DNA of 64,000 nucleotides. It comes from Eledone cirrhosa (lineage: Eukaryota). The notes beneath the pieces were generated by a model. It was not told the DNA's origin, ran no database searches, and worked only from the letters and a program-made list of their open reading frames with translations. Position numbers and translations under genes: made by a program. Below, piece by piece: positions 62,986-64,000 of this stretch. Where the stretch lies: positions 9,176,001 through 9,240,000 of the forward strand of contig OZ024753.1 of the NCBI GenBank assembly GCA_964016885.1. Direction: 5' to 3'. Every line of letters starts with the position of its first letter. Position 1 is the stretch's first letter.

Positions 62986-63627
62986 CACAGACACGTGTAT
63001 ATATATATATATATACATATTTATAAATACATAAATTCATCAAAATGATTAAGCTCCACCCACCTTTGTCTCTTGAGGCACATTGTGGATGATATTATTC
63101 ACAGATCAGAAATATAACACTTTGCTTAATGACCCATCTGAATTAACTTACACTAGTCCGACCAATTTTAACATGCAAGCATCATCAATTAGATCAGTAG
63201 TTTTAAAACTTCCTGCTGGCTTATTCATGCACTCAAACTAATCACCAGATCTGTAAATTTGATTCTAATTTTCATTGCTGATTTCTTAATGATTACTTAT
63301 TTAGATTCATTAAGAACTAACCAGACATATTCAATGTTTCCTCAAAGTCTAGAATTACAATTGATATTTTTCTTTCTGTTAATACAATAACATTTACCGA
63401 CAATATGTTATAACATTATTTAATTTTATTGACGTAATCATCCTAATTCGGATTGTTCTTGCTGTTTAAGTACTTTGATATTTACTTATCTAATATGATG
63501 ACAGAAAGTTAATAGGAATATATTATCAGATTATCAGACAGTGCATTATAACCTTTTCTATGGTTTGCCAGTGAATTTAGTTTGTCTGAGAGACAGTGAA
63601 TTGACAGAGTTGTTAGAATGTCACATA

Positions 63628-64000
63628 ATCATCATCATCATCATCATCATCATCGATTAATGTCCACCTTCCATGCTAGCATGGGTTAGACGGGTCCCAT
63701 TTAGAGGCAAGTTGTGTCGGGTGACCGTGTCTCGCTCATATAGGACTGTTTCTGGCTGGTTTGTTTAAGGCTGGATGCCCTTCCTAATGCCAACTACATT
63801 GACAGTGTGGGCTGGGTGCTCTTTGCTGTGTCTTTTACACGTCCACTTGACAGTGTGGGCTGTGTGTTTTTTGCCGTGACACCTACACGTCCACTTACAG
63901 TGTGGGCTGGGTGCTCTTTGCTGTGTCTTTTACACGTACACTTGACAGTGTGGGCTGGGTGCTCTTTGCTGTGTCTTTTACACGTACACTTTACAGTGTA
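63628..64000 (-). mobile_element. SINE-B-type 3' region with RTE-type tail and reiterated ~47-bp sub-repeats
   Basis: (CAT)n-CGATTAATGTCCACCTTCCATGCTAGCATGGGTTAGACGG, CTGGATGCCCTTCCTAA, repeated CAGTGTGGGCTGGGTGCTCTTTGC; runs off the right edge. Confidence 0.85.

Overview
AT-rich, repeat-saturated, apparently non-coding animal DNA; the SINE, LINE and microsatellite make-up points to an octopod cephalopod (inference). No host protein-coding exon could be supported, and every long ORF I could trace falls in a tandem array, microsatellite or transposon. Content: two tRNA-derived SINE families (about 30 copies), 3' fragments of RTE, CRE-like, CR1 and possibly Tx1 LINEs, an internally deleted Helitron, hAT/mariner/piggyBac MITEs, two 5S rRNA pseudogenes and about a dozen minisatellites. 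Main signals: (1) three different RTE-clade insertions each carry a tandem array (36, 107 and 75 bp) whose unit starts at the same R-[WF]-x-G-H motif with a GAT junction; (2) the 5.1-kb 48-bp array behind the 1381-aa ORF resembles the antisense of a SINE-associated sub-repeat; (3) several Penelope-type minimal hammerhead ribozyme motifs, one at the centre of a palindrome; (4) about 10 inverted duplications, some with visible template-switch junctions; (5) a full-length 5S copy joined to an RTE-type tail. All alignments and coordinates were read by eye and need computational confirmation.
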